From Vicinamibacteria bacterium (GTDB lineage: Bacteria > Acidobacteriota > Vicinamibacteria > Vicinamibacterales > UBA8438): 47,651 bases of DNA. The translations under genes and the position numbers were made by a program. The DNA lies in the NCBI GenBank assembly GCA_963577695.1, contig CAUZAY010000003.1, forward strand, positions 1 to 47,651, in the 5' to 3' direction. This document shows positions 34,596-43,406 of this stretch, piece after piece. The first letter of the stretch is position 1. Each line of letters opens with the position of its first letter. The notes under the pieces are model-generated. The model searched no databases. It was not told the origin of the DNA and saw only the letters and a program-made list of their open reading frames with translations.

Positions 34596-36263
34596 GTGGT
34601 GACCAGTAGTGGGCAGGAGCGCGTGACGGGGGCCGCCCCACGCCGTCCGGTTCCGGGGGGCCATCTTGCGACGCTCGTCAAGCTCGTCGCGGCGCTCCTG
34701 CTGCTCAATGTCTCGCTGACGTTCTCCAACATTTGGCCGACCCTCGGTATCAGCCTGAACGCCGACCTCTCGCTCGAGACGGCCGTGTGCGTGCTCGCGT
34801 TGCTCGTCGCGCGCCGGCGGTGGGACGGGCCGTCCGCGGCTGGCCTGCGGTGGCTGGCGGGGCTGTGGCTTGTCCTGGTCGTCGGGCGTTACACCGACGT
34901 GACCGTGACGTCACTCTACGGGCGGAACATCAATCTGTACTGGGATCTCCAGCACGTGCCGAGTGTGGGCGCCATGTTCGCCGTCGTGGCGGATCCCTGG
35001 CTGAAGCTGGGATTCGTCGTGGGGGTGCTGGTCGGGCTGGCGTCGCTGTATCTGGGTGCGCGGTGGGCGATCGCCGCCGTGGCTGCGGGCACCCGCGTGC
35101 GTGGCGCGCCGCGTGTGCTTGGCGCCCTGGCGGCCGCGGTGCTCCTGCTGAGCCTGGCCCAGACGTTGGGCGCGCGCCTGCCGCTCGGGGTGCGCGTGGC
35201 GAGCCCGGTGGCGACCGCCTACGCACGCGAGTTGGGCGAGTATGCCTATGATCTGAGCGGCGCCGGCGTGCGCGACCTGGGTCCGCCGCCGGTGCTCCAA
35301 TCCGACCTGACCCGCCTGGGTGGCGCCGACGTGTTCGTGATCTTTCTCGAGTCGTATGGGGCCGTCGCCTGGCGCCGCCCCGAGTTGGCGGGTCCACTGG
35401 TCCCGGCCATGGCGCGGCTGACAGAGGACATTGCCGAGACCGGTCGATTCGTGGCCTCCGCGTTCGTCGAATCCACCACCTTCGGCGGCGAGTCGTGGCT
35501 CGCCCATGTCAGCCTGTTGTCCGGCACGGAGATCCGCGACCCGGCCACCAACGTGCGGCTGATGGCGCAAGAGCGAGACACGATGGTCAAGCTCTTTGGA
35601 CGAGGCGGGTATCGCACGGTTGCGATCATGCCCGGCATGCTGGTGCCCTGGCCGGAAGGGGCGTTTTACGGATTCGAGGAGATCTACGACCACGATCGAC
35701 TCGGCTATCGAGGCCCGCAGTTCGGTTGGTGGGACATCAACGACCAATACGCCCTGGCGCGGGTCGATGCGCTGGAAATCGAGCCGTCCCGTGACCAGCC
35801 GGCGTTCGTGTTCTTCACCACCATCTCCACCCACGCGCCGTTCGTGCCGGCCCCCCCGTACCAACCAGACTGGGCGCGGGTGCTGACGACGAATCCGTAC
35901 GACGCCGACGCGCTCGATAGGGCGTGGTCCGCCTGGCCGGACTGGACGAATCTGGCGCCAAGCTATCTGGAAGCGCTCGAGTACGCCTTCCACAATGTCG
36001 GCGGCTATCTCCGTCTCCGCGCCGATCGCAACCTCGTGATGGTGTTGGTCGGCGACCACCAGCCACCGGCACTGGTCAGCGGTGAAGGGGCATCGTGGGA
36101 CGTGCCCGTGCATGTGATTGCCAATCGGCCGGAGGTAATGGACCGACTGACACGGCACCATCAGTTCACGGACACGCTGCAGCCGGGTGACCAGGCCGTG
36201 GCTCAAATGGACACGCTGTTGCCCATCCTGCTGGACGCGTTCGGCGACGGGGGGGGACCGTGA
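34596..36263 (+). CDS. Membrane-anchored alkaline-phosphatase/sulfatase-superfamily protein (LtaS/MdoB-like)
   Basis: About five N-terminal TM helices, then FLESYG, GGESWLAH (Ser nucleophile), STHAPF and VGDHQP metal motifs. Confidence 0.8.
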   Translation: MVTSSGQERVTGAAPRRPVPGGHLATLVKLVAALLLLNVSLTFSNIWPTLGISLNADLSLETAVCVLALLVARRRWDGPSAAGLRWLAGLWLVLVVGRYTDVTVTSLYGRNINLYWDLQHVPSVGAMFAVVADPWLKLGFVVGVLVGLASLYLGARWAIAAVAAGTRVRGAPRVLGALAAAVLLLSLAQTLGARLPLGVRVASPVATAYARELGEYAYDLSGAGVRDLGPPPVLQSDLTRLGGADVFVIFLESYGAVAWRRPELAGPLVPAMARLTEDIAETGRFVASAFVESTTFGGESWLAHVSLLSGTEIRDPATNVRLMAQERDTMVKLFGRGGYRTVAIMPGMLVPWPEGAFYGFEEIYDHDRLGYRGPQFGWWDINDQYALARVDALEIEPSRDQPAFVFFTTISTHAPFVPAPPYQPDWARVLTTNPYDADALDRAWSAWPDWTNLAPSYLEALEYAFHNVGGYLRLRADRNLVMVLVGDHQPPALVSGEGASWDVPVHVIANRPEVMDRLTRHHQFTDTLQPGDQAVAQMDTLLPILLDAFGDGGGP

Positions 36264-37156
36264 TGATGATGGGGAGGCGGGGGAGATGGCTCATGACGGC
36301 GTCAGTCGTGACCGCGGCCGCCGCTCTGGTGGGGCCGTCGACGGCGTCCGCGCAGGTGTCGCTCGACGTCATGACCTTCAACATTCGGACGGCGGCCGGG
36401 CGCGACGGCGACAACGCCTGGCCGAACCGCAAAGCGCTGCTCGTCGAGACCATTGAACGCTATGCGCCCCAGGTCGTCGGCATGCAGGAGGCGCTGGGCG
36501 AGCAGATCGACTATCTGGATCAGCAATTGCCGGACTACCGGTGGATTGGCATCGACCGTGGGCTCAACGGGGGAGTGGGGTTGAGCGAAGCGACGCCGAT
36601 CTTCTACCGGTACGCTGAGCTGAGTCCGATCGAGTCTGGGAACTTCTGGCTGACCGACACCCCGGACACACCGCCGGTCCGGCGGACCGAGGGCCGACGC
36701 CGTCGGGGCGGCGGACGCATCGTCACGTGGGCCCGGTTCTATCACCGCGCCACCGGCCGCCAGGTGCATGTCTTCAATACCCACTTCACGCTTCGGCGCG
36801 GCCAATCACAGCTCGATTCGGCCGACCTGATCGCCGGCCGTGTCGCCGCCCTTCCGGCGGGCGCCGCCGCGATCGTGATGGGCGATTTCAACAACAATGC
36901 TGAAGAGAGTGACACCTGGCGCGTCGCCACCGCCCGTGGGTTGCGCGATGCGTGGGTGGCGGCGGCCGAGCGCGTCGGACCGATCGCAACCTATGGCGAC
37001 TTCGGACCGCCGGACGAGGCGCTCGCTGAGCGCGTCGACTGGATTCTGGTGGGCGGTCCAATCGACGTTCGGCGCGCCGAGACCGTGGTCCACAACGATG
37101 GTGGCCGGTATCCCTCAGACCACTATCCGGTCGCCGTGCAGTTGGTCATCCGCTGA
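36260..37156 (+). CDS. Secreted endonuclease/exonuclease/phosphatase family protein
   Basis: MTFNIR, GMQE, NTHF, GDFN, DWI and PSDHYPV motifs; signal peptide. Confidence 0.9.
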   Translation: MMMMGRRGRWLMTASVVTAAAALVGPSTASAQVSLDVMTFNIRTAAGRDGDNAWPNRKALLVETIERYAPQVVGMQEALGEQIDYLDQQLPDYRWIGIDRGLNGGVGLSEATPIFYRYAELSPIESGNFWLTDTPDTPPVRRTEGRRRRGGGRIVTWARFYHRATGRQVHVFNTHFTLRRGQSQLDSADLIAGRVAALPAGAAAIVMGDFNNNAEESDTWRVATARGLRDAWVAAAERVGPIATYGDFGPPDEALAERVDWILVGGPIDVRRAETVVHNDGGRYPSDHYPVAVQLVIR

Positions 37157-37185
37157 GCCCCTGTCACATGATCGGGTCCCGCCTC

Positions 37186-38118
37186 TCACAGTCCGTGGCG
37201 ATCCAGGAACTGCTTGATCGTCGCGTAGATCGCCAGCGTTTCGGCGGTGTCGAACCCGCCGTGGCCACCGCCAGGTACGGTGTGTAGTTCGCTGGCGACC
37301 CCGGCGCTTTCGAGTGCGTGGTGTAACCGGACGCCCTGCTGGTAGGGCACGATCGGGTCCGCATCGCCGTGTATGGTGAGCACCGGCGGCAACCCTGGAC
37401 GGACATAGGTCAACGGTGACGCTTGTCGCGCGACCTCGGCGCGGTTCGAGAGGCCACCCAGCCACTGGACGGCGTAGCCCTTTGTGTTGGGGCCGCGCAT
37501 CAGGTCACCCACATCGGTGATGCCATACCAGTTGATGATGGCGGCGACCTCGACCGACGGCAACGACGGGGGACCGGTGAAGCTTCCGGATGTGCACTCG
37601 CGACCCAGTCCGGCCGACGCCGGGACCATGCCGGTCGTCAGCGCCAGGTGTCCGCCGGCCGAGTTCCCGGTGGTCACGATGCGTGAGAGGTCGAAGCGGT
37701 AGTTCTCCGCGTTTCGTGCGATCCACTGGAGCGCGCAGAGACAGTCCTCGACCGCTGCCGGTGCGCGCGACACCTGGACCAGCCGATACGTCACGTTGAC
37801 GACCGCCCAGCCCATCTCGAGATACGGCATCGCGCGCAGGAACTGCGACTCTTTCGTGCCCGCGACCCAGCCCCCGCCGTGGATCATCATCAACACCGGG
37901 ACCGGGCCGCTTGCGTTGGCGGGCAGATACAGGTCGAGCTTGTTCTCGTGGTTGTTCGCGACATGGTAGGTCACGTTCGGGACCACGCGGTATTGGTTTG
38001 ATATGTCGGCCAGAAAGGCTGTCGTATCGCTGAGTTGTGCCTGCGCAACCCCGGGTCGCGCGCACACGGCTGTCAATGTCACGGCGGCGATGACGCCGAC
38101 CATCCATCCGGTTCGCAT
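37186..38118 (-). CDS. Secreted alpha/beta hydrolase (HSL-like esterase)
   Basis: HGGGW, GNSAGG, HGDAD and GGHG motifs; signal peptide; GGAGG RBS; TATACT at 38158-38163. Confidence 0.9.
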   Translation of the reverse strand: MRTGWMVGVIAAVTLTAVCARPGVAQAQLSDTTAFLADISNQYRVVPNVTYHVANNHENKLDLYLPANASGPVPVLMMIHGGGWVAGTKESQFLRAMPYLEMGWAVVNVTYRLVQVSRAPAAVEDCLCALQWIARNAENYRFDLSRIVTTGNSAGGHLALTTGMVPASAGLGRECTSGSFTGPPSLPSVEVAAIINWYGITDVGDLMRGPNTKGYAVQWLGGLSNRAEVARQASPLTYVRPGLPPVLTIHGDADPIVPYQQGVRLHHALESAGVASELHTVPGGGHGGFDTAETLAIYATIKQFLDRHGL

Positions 38119-38172
38119 GTCCCCTCCTTACGAAATAAAACGCTCCACGAACGACTCAGTATATGCGGCCGG

Positions 38173-39078
38173 TCACCGGTTCGGTGGCAGGCTCACCGTT
38201 AGGCCGAGTCGTGCCTCGTAGGTCTTGATCATCGCGCTCTTGGCCTGGTCGCCAAAGCCGCTGTCGATGGCGGTCTGGTAGGTGTCGACCATGGCCTCGA
38301 CCACCGGGAGGGAGACCTGCAGATCGGCCGCGACTTCCTGCACGTTCACGATGTCTTTGAACGCCGCCTGGAGCGAGAAGTCACCGTCAAATTCCCGCCT
38401 GAGGATGCGGGGGATGAAGTACTCGCTGGCGAAGCTGCGCGCACTGCCCGACGTCAGCACGTCGGCCAACGTGTCCGGCGCGAGGCCGGCTTTGACCGCC
38501 AAGGGCATCACTTCGCACAGGGCCGCGATATTGACGTCGTAGATGATGTTGTTGATCGCTTTCATCAGCTGACCGGAGCCGAGGTCGCCACAATGGACGA
38601 CGAACTCGCCCATGACGTCGAGATACGGTTTCGCCTCGGTGAAGGCCGGGGGCGTACCGCCGAACATCATCGTCAGCGTGCCGTTCTCGGCCCGAAACGG
38701 CTTGCCCGACACCGGACAGTCGCTGTAGGACAGCCCGACCGCTGCGGCCTGGCCGGCCAGTCGCAGGGCCGCGCCGCGGTTCATCGTGGTGGTGTCGATG
38801 ATGGGGAGCGGCCCCCGTGCGCCCGAGCTCACCCCCGACTCGCCGAACAGTACCGCCTCCGCCTCGATCTCCGACGGTACGCACAAAAAGAGCAGCTCGA
38901 CCCGAGCCGCCACGTCCCCGGCGGTGGTGGCCCTGGAGACGCCGAGATCGGCGAGCGCGTCCGGTAGGTTCGGTCGAATGTCGTACACCGTCAGAGGGAC
39001 CCCCGCGCTCACGAGGTTCCTGGCCATGGCCGCACCCATCCGTCCGAGTCCAATGAATCCGGTAGGTCTCTTGTCCAT
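38173..39078 (-). CDS. 3-hydroxyisobutyrate/beta-hydroxyacid dehydrogenase family
   Basis: GFIGLGRMG, DCPVSG, GTLTMMFGG and GSGQLMKAINN catalytic Lys. Confidence 0.9.
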   Translation of the reverse strand: MDKRPTGFIGLGRMGAAMARNLVSAGVPLTVYDIRPNLPDALADLGVSRATTAGDVAARVELLFLCVPSEIEAEAVLFGESGVSSGARGPLPIIDTTTMNRGAALRLAGQAAAVGLSYSDCPVSGKPFRAENGTLTMMFGGTPPAFTEAKPYLDVMGEFVVHCGDLGSGQLMKAINNIIYDVNIAALCEVMPLAVKAGLAPDTLADVLTSGSARSFASEYFIPRILRREFDGDFSLQAAFKDIVNVQEVAADLQVSLPVVEAMVDTYQTAIDSGFGDQAKSAMIKTYEARLGLTVSLPPNR

Positions 39079-39103
39079 GTGTCAATCCAAGCCAGGCGTG
39101 CGT

Positions 39104-40360
39104 CTATGAACAATAGCGGGGCGGCGCGTCAATCAAGACACGCCGCCGTCGCAGGTCGTCGTAGGTCGGTCCGAGCACCGTCGGGTCCAGCCGAGACGAG
39201 AGGTTGGCCTCTACCGTGATGTCGGCTGGGAGGTACCGTCGACAGTCGTCGAACTCTTGGGCGTACTCCGGGGTGGGGAACTGGAGTGTGAGCGTCGAAC
39301 GGCCGTTCCGCACGACCACCGTGTACAACGGATTGACGATCACGGGTTCCTCCGGCTGTGGGGGGCGAGGTGCCTCGTGTCGGCGAAACACAGTGTCGTC
39401 TCTGGACGCGACGAGCGTCAGCGACGGTTCGTCGGCGAGGACGTCTGGAGACAGATCGCTCGCTAGATCGACAACGTCATCGTCGACAAGGCTGTCGAAC
39501 AGGCGGCGGTCACTGAAGAGTCTGGGGCGGTGCGCCGCGAACAGCTCGTGATACGCGGCGGGGCTCAGCGGGTCGCCGGCTGAGGGATTCTCGCCCAACG
39601 AGCTGTGCAGGTGCGGCAGCACGACGACCCCGTCGGGACGCGCGACCCGCGAGAGCTCGTCAGCGCACAGCCGCTTGTGCCAGATGTACGGAAACGCGTC
39701 CATCAGGACGACCATCGCGAACAGATCGCGCACGAAAGGCAACGGCGCGTCGGCATTGCAGCACACCGCGTCGGCGGCTGGCGCCGTGAACTGTGTCGCG
39801 AGCCACAGTTTCCAAAAGTGCAGGTCGGTGACCACGGTATGCGGCGCCGGTGTCCCCGTGGGTGCGAGTTGAGCCAGTACCCGCGAGAGGTGCCCCGAGC
39901 CGCCGCAGCAATCGAGGATCGGGCCGACTGAGACCGGACGGCTCTGACCGAGCGACCGCACGATCGCCTCGGCCGGCACAAAGGTTGGGTCAGAGAATCG
40001 GTAGAGGAAGTAACGTCCCTCCGCATCCGGACTCAGGACGTCGAGCAGGTCCCGATAGGTCGCCGCCCCGGTGCGTTGGCGCAGCGCCCGGAAGCGCGTC
40101 GCCCGTTCGTCGTCCAGCCCCAACAGCGTCTGGAGCGCGTCGTGGCTCCGACCCGCTTCCAGCGCGTGCATGGCGGTCCGCGTCGTCTCGTCGGCGAGCA
40201 AGACCGGGATCCCCGCCACCACTGGAAAGGCGCAGCACTCGCACCCGAGCACGCCCTCCGTGACCACCTGGTCGTCGCTGAGGGTCGCGCCGGTCTCGAC
40301 GAGGGCCAGACGGGTGCCACAGAACGGACAACGAAGCCGGTCGAGGAGGGCCGTGCGCAT
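39104..40360 (-). CDS. Trm112-like Zn-knuckle fused to SAM methyltransferase
   Basis: LRCPFCG...LGCECCAFPVVAGIPVL, then ILDCCGGSGH and ARPDGVVV. Confidence 0.8.
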   Translation of the reverse strand: MRTALLDRLRCPFCGTRLALVETGATLSDDQVVTEGVLGCECCAFPVVAGIPVLLADETTRTAMHALEAGRSHDALQTLLGLDDERATRFRALRQRTGAATYRDLLDVLSPDAEGRYFLYRFSDPTFVPAEAIVRSLGQSRPVSVGPILDCCGGSGHLSRVLAQLAPTGTPAPHTVVTDLHFWKLWLATQFTAPAADAVCCNADAPLPFVRDLFAMVVLMDAFPYIWHKRLCADELSRVARPDGVVVLPHLHSSLGENPSAGDPLSPAAYHELFAAHRPRLFSDRRLFDSLVDDDVVDLASDLSPDVLADEPSLTLVASRDDTVFRRHEAPRPPQPEEPVIVNPLYTVVVRNGRSTLTLQFPTPEYAQEFDDCRRYLPADITVEANLSSRLDPTVLGPTYDDLRRRRVLIDAPPRYCS

Positions 40361-40369
40361 CGGCTCAGT

Positions 40370-41248
40370 CTACCGGGCCCGGTGCTCCGGCGCCGGCGCG
40401 AGGCGATCGAGAAAGGTCTCGCCGCCGCTCCCGACCTCGGCCCGCCGGTAGTGTTCAACGCCGAGCAAACGGGGTGAGGCAGCCAGCGTCACCAGGGTGA
40501 GCGCGTCATTGTCTCGGATCTGGCTGCGATGACACTGCAGGGCGAGCAGCTTCTGGCGGGCGAATCTACCGGTGTCGAGCACCAGGGATGGCGGAGGCGC
40601 GCCGGCCCCGAACGCGTCGGCGTCCGCCACACCGAGGACGTGGGTTGGCGACGCGGCGATCGACGCGCGCGTCGCGGACACCGCGACGGCATGGTCGACC
40701 ACCGCGCGCATGGCACCGGGCGGTAGCGAGACGTAGTAGAGCGCCGGGCTTCCGGCCTGGCATGCGGCGATGGCCCCAATGGTCCGGTCGTGGACGGCGA
40801 TGTGGTCGGGGTGCCAGTAGAGTCCATCTTCGTCGAACGTGATGATGACATCGGCGGCGGTGCGTTCGATTGTCTCGAGGATGTCCTGTTCGAGACGGGC
40901 CGCGTTGATCCAGGGCAACATGCCGTCTTCGTGCGCGAGCAGTGTGACGTCGTCGAGACCGAGCACGGCCGCCGCCGCTCGGAGCTCCCGGGCGCGGACC
41001 GCCGCCAGCGGAGACGCCGCGGCATTGGTCTCGGGCGCCGCGCTCGGCGTGGGCTTCTCCCCGTCCGGGTCGACACGGGCGTGGTCGGCATGCTCGCCAT
41101 GAGTCAGGCACAGCAGCGAGGTGCGAACGCCCAGTGCCGTGCACCAGGAGAGCAGGCCGCCGCAGGCGAGGGATTCGTCGTCAGGGTGGGCGAACACCGC
41201 CAGCACCGAGGGGGCGGGCGCCTCCCGTCCCGCGGTCACGCCGGGCAT
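40370..41248 (-). CDS. PIG-L family N-deacetylase
   Basis: FAHPDDES, LTHGE, R..EL..A...LG, HPDH and HRSQ motifs. Confidence 0.9.
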   Translation of the reverse strand: MPGVTAGREAPAPSVLAVFAHPDDESLACGGLLSWCTALGVRTSLLCLTHGEHADHARVDPDGEKPTPSAAPETNAAASPLAAVRARELRAAAAVLGLDDVTLLAHEDGMLPWINAARLEQDILETIERTAADVIITFDEDGLYWHPDHIAVHDRTIGAIAACQAGSPALYYVSLPPGAMRAVVDHAVAVSATRASIAASPTHVLGVADADAFGAGAPPPSLVLDTGRFARQKLLALQCHRSQIRDNDALTLVTLAASPRLLGVEHYRRAEVGSGGETFLDRLAPAPEHRAR

Positions 41249-42288
41249 GGTGGGACCGCGAGGGCCTGGGTGGCGAGTCGCGTGTAGACCTCAACGTGGG
41301 CGTCGACCATCCGGCTCGGGCCGAACCGGGCCAGGGCGCGAGTCCGGACCGCGTGCCTATCCAGAGCCTCGACGGCGGGGAGACTGGCGATGAGCGCATC
41401 GAGCGACCGGCTGACCCGGCCGGTGACGCCGTTATCGACCAACTCGGACACCGCGCCCTGGTCGAGGGCCGCCACCGGGGTTCCGCAGGTCATCGCTTCG
41501 GTCAGGACGAGCCCGAACGATTCCGCCTGTTGGACGGGATAAATGAGCGCCCGCGCCCCGCCCAGCAGGGCCGCCTTGCCAGTCTGGTCCACCTCACCGG
41601 CGTAGACGATCTGGTGGCCATCAACGTGGGAAGCGACCGACTCCCGGTAGTAGTCGTTTTCTGTCGCCGCCAGGAGTAAGCGCCGGCCGCTGCGGGTGGC
41701 CACCTCGATCGCCTCCAACACACCCTTGCCCGGTGTGAACCGGCCCAGGAACAGCAGATAGTCGTCTGGGGTCGGCCGAAACGTCAGATGCGTGGGGTCG
41801 ACCGCATGGTGAATCGTGGCCGCGACGCAGAGACCGCCGAGCAGCCTCGCCTGGGCGCTGGACACGGCGATGAACGGCGCATCTGGAAAGCGCGACCAGA
41901 GCCGCACCTCCTCCGCCGACGGCGCGTGGTGCACCGTCTGTAGCAGCGGCGTCGACGTCAGACGGGAGAACGCAAGCGCGATCGGCGCGTACTCCGCTTG
42001 GTAGTGGATGATGTCGAAGTCGTCGGCACGCTCGGCCGCGGCGGCCAGATTGAACAGCTCGCACAACTCCCACGGCCAGAGCGACGTGTCGTCGTGATAG
42101 CCGTGCTCCAGGGTCGCTGCCAATGTCGCGGTGGTGGTCGAGGTCCCGGCCGCGAACAGGGTGACGTCGTGTCCGCGTGCGACCAGACCGTCGGTCAACA
42201 GCGCCGTGACGGTCTCGACGGAACCGGACCGGACCGGTGGGACGGCCTGGGCCACCGGAGCCACCATCGCGATGCGCAGTCGGCTCAT
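41236..42288 (-). CDS. Glycosyltransferase family 4
   Basis: RIAMVAP...VPP..SGSVE, GHDVTLFA, FLGRFTPGKG, ESFGLVLTEAMTCGTPV. Confidence 0.9.
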   Translation of the reverse strand: MSRLRIAMVAPVAQAVPPVRSGSVETVTALLTDGLVARGHDVTLFAAGTSTTTATLAATLEHGYHDDTSLWPWELCELFNLAAAAERADDFDIIHYQAEYAPIALAFSRLTSTPLLQTVHHAPSAEEVRLWSRFPDAPFIAVSSAQARLLGGLCVAATIHHAVDPTHLTFRPTPDDYLLFLGRFTPGKGVLEAIEVATRSGRRLLLAATENDYYRESVASHVDGHQIVYAGEVDQTGKAALLGGARALIYPVQQAESFGLVLTEAMTCGTPVAALDQGAVSELVDNGVTGRVSRSLDALIASLPAVEALDRHAVRTRALARFGPSRMVDAHVEVYTRLATQALAVPPCPA

Positions 42289-43406
42289 GACAACGCCGTT
42301 TCCAGAAACGGCGGCAGCACGCGCTCGGCCGCGAAGTACGTGTCGGCGATCTCGCGCGCGGCACGCGCGTGTGCCACGTAGTCGCGGTCGAGCCGGGCCA
42401 GCCCCTCGACTGCCTCCTCGATGGTCGAGAAAGAGAGCAGACCGGTTCCGGTGGGGAGGTGCCCGCTCCAGCCGGTGTCCTGCACGAGGGCCGGCCGCCC
42501 GGCCGCCAGGTAGCACTCCGTGCGGTCGCTGAACCAGCCGGACCGGCGCGAGACATACGCGTGCTTGGCCACGCTGAACTCCGCTCTCGAACGCTGAATG
42601 AAGTCGCGGTAGTCCCACGGGGAGCGTGACATCCGCATCGCATCCACCGGTCCCCAGCCGTGGTCACGGAGGAGCGCGTCGGGGCCATTGACCGCGAGTT
42701 GGAATCGGGCGGGCGTCCGGGCCGGGAGATCGAGGAACCTGACGAACTGGCGGTCCTTGTTTCCGTCGACGTCGGTGAAGCTTTCCGTTTTCCAGGTCAT
42801 GACCGTCGTGATGAGGTCGGTGGCGGGCGGCGTGTCGGTGCGCCACTGTGTCGTGACGATCGGTTGCCAGGTGTGGTGCCATGTGAACTCGCCGGTCGGG
42901 ACATCGGAGGCCGGTGTGCCGATATTCGCGCCGAATGTAAACAGGCGGTCGAAGCGGTGGAAGAACTCGACATACCACTCGACCCCTTTGGCGATGGCGA
43001 GTTGGGTGAAGACCGGGTCCGAATCCACAAAGACCTTTCGGGGAATCCGCTGGTATTCGTCGCGCCAGAACCAGGACCCGCCCGACAGGTTGATGTAGAG
43101 GTCCGCGTCGGCGCAGAACGCACGGAGGGCCTCTCGCGTGAGCCCATGATAGGTGCCGTCGTAGTTGACAAAGCACCAGCGGTCGCCGAGGTCGAACGGC
43201 TGGAGCGCCGCCTGAATGTAGCGCGTGCCATACGACGGGTCGGTCGAGAGTTGATCGAGGTCCGCGTCATAGACGCATTCGCCCGTGTCTTCCAGATACA
43301 GCACCTCGTGCCCGAGGTCGCGTAGCGCGAGCAGATACATCAGCGAGCACCAGGCCACCCCGCCGTAGGGGTAGCGGCCGATGATGCCAGCGAACAGCAC
43401 TTTCAT
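42285..43406 (-). CDS. GT-B-fold glycosyltransferase-like protein (CgeB-like C-terminus)
   Basis: LGHEVLYLED N-terminal pattern; EFSVAKHAY..SGWFSDRTECYLAAGRPALVQDTG; ATGA coupling on both sides. Confidence 0.7.
   Translation of the reverse strand: MKVLFAGIIGRYPYGGVAWCSLMYLLALRDLGHEVLYLEDTGECVYDADLDQLSTDPSYGTRYIQAALQPFDLGDRWCFVNYDGTYHGLTREALRAFCADADLYINLSGGSWFWRDEYQRIPRKVFVDSDPVFTQLAIAKGVEWYVEFFHRFDRLFTFGANIGTPASDVPTGEFTWHHTWQPIVTTQWRTDTPPATDLITTVMTWKTESFTDVDGNKDRQFVRFLDLPARTPARFQLAVNGPDALLRDHGWGPVDAMRMSRSPWDYRDFIQRSRAEFSVAKHAYVSRRSGWFSDRTECYLAAGRPALVQDTGWSGHLPTGTGLLSFSTIEEAVEGLARLDRDYVAHARAAREIADTYFAAERVLPPFLETALS

Noticed and set aside
40370-42288. Mycothiol/bacillithiol genes (mshA/mshB, bshA/bshB)
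   Set aside because: No cysteine ligase nearby, and the context is a glycan export operon.
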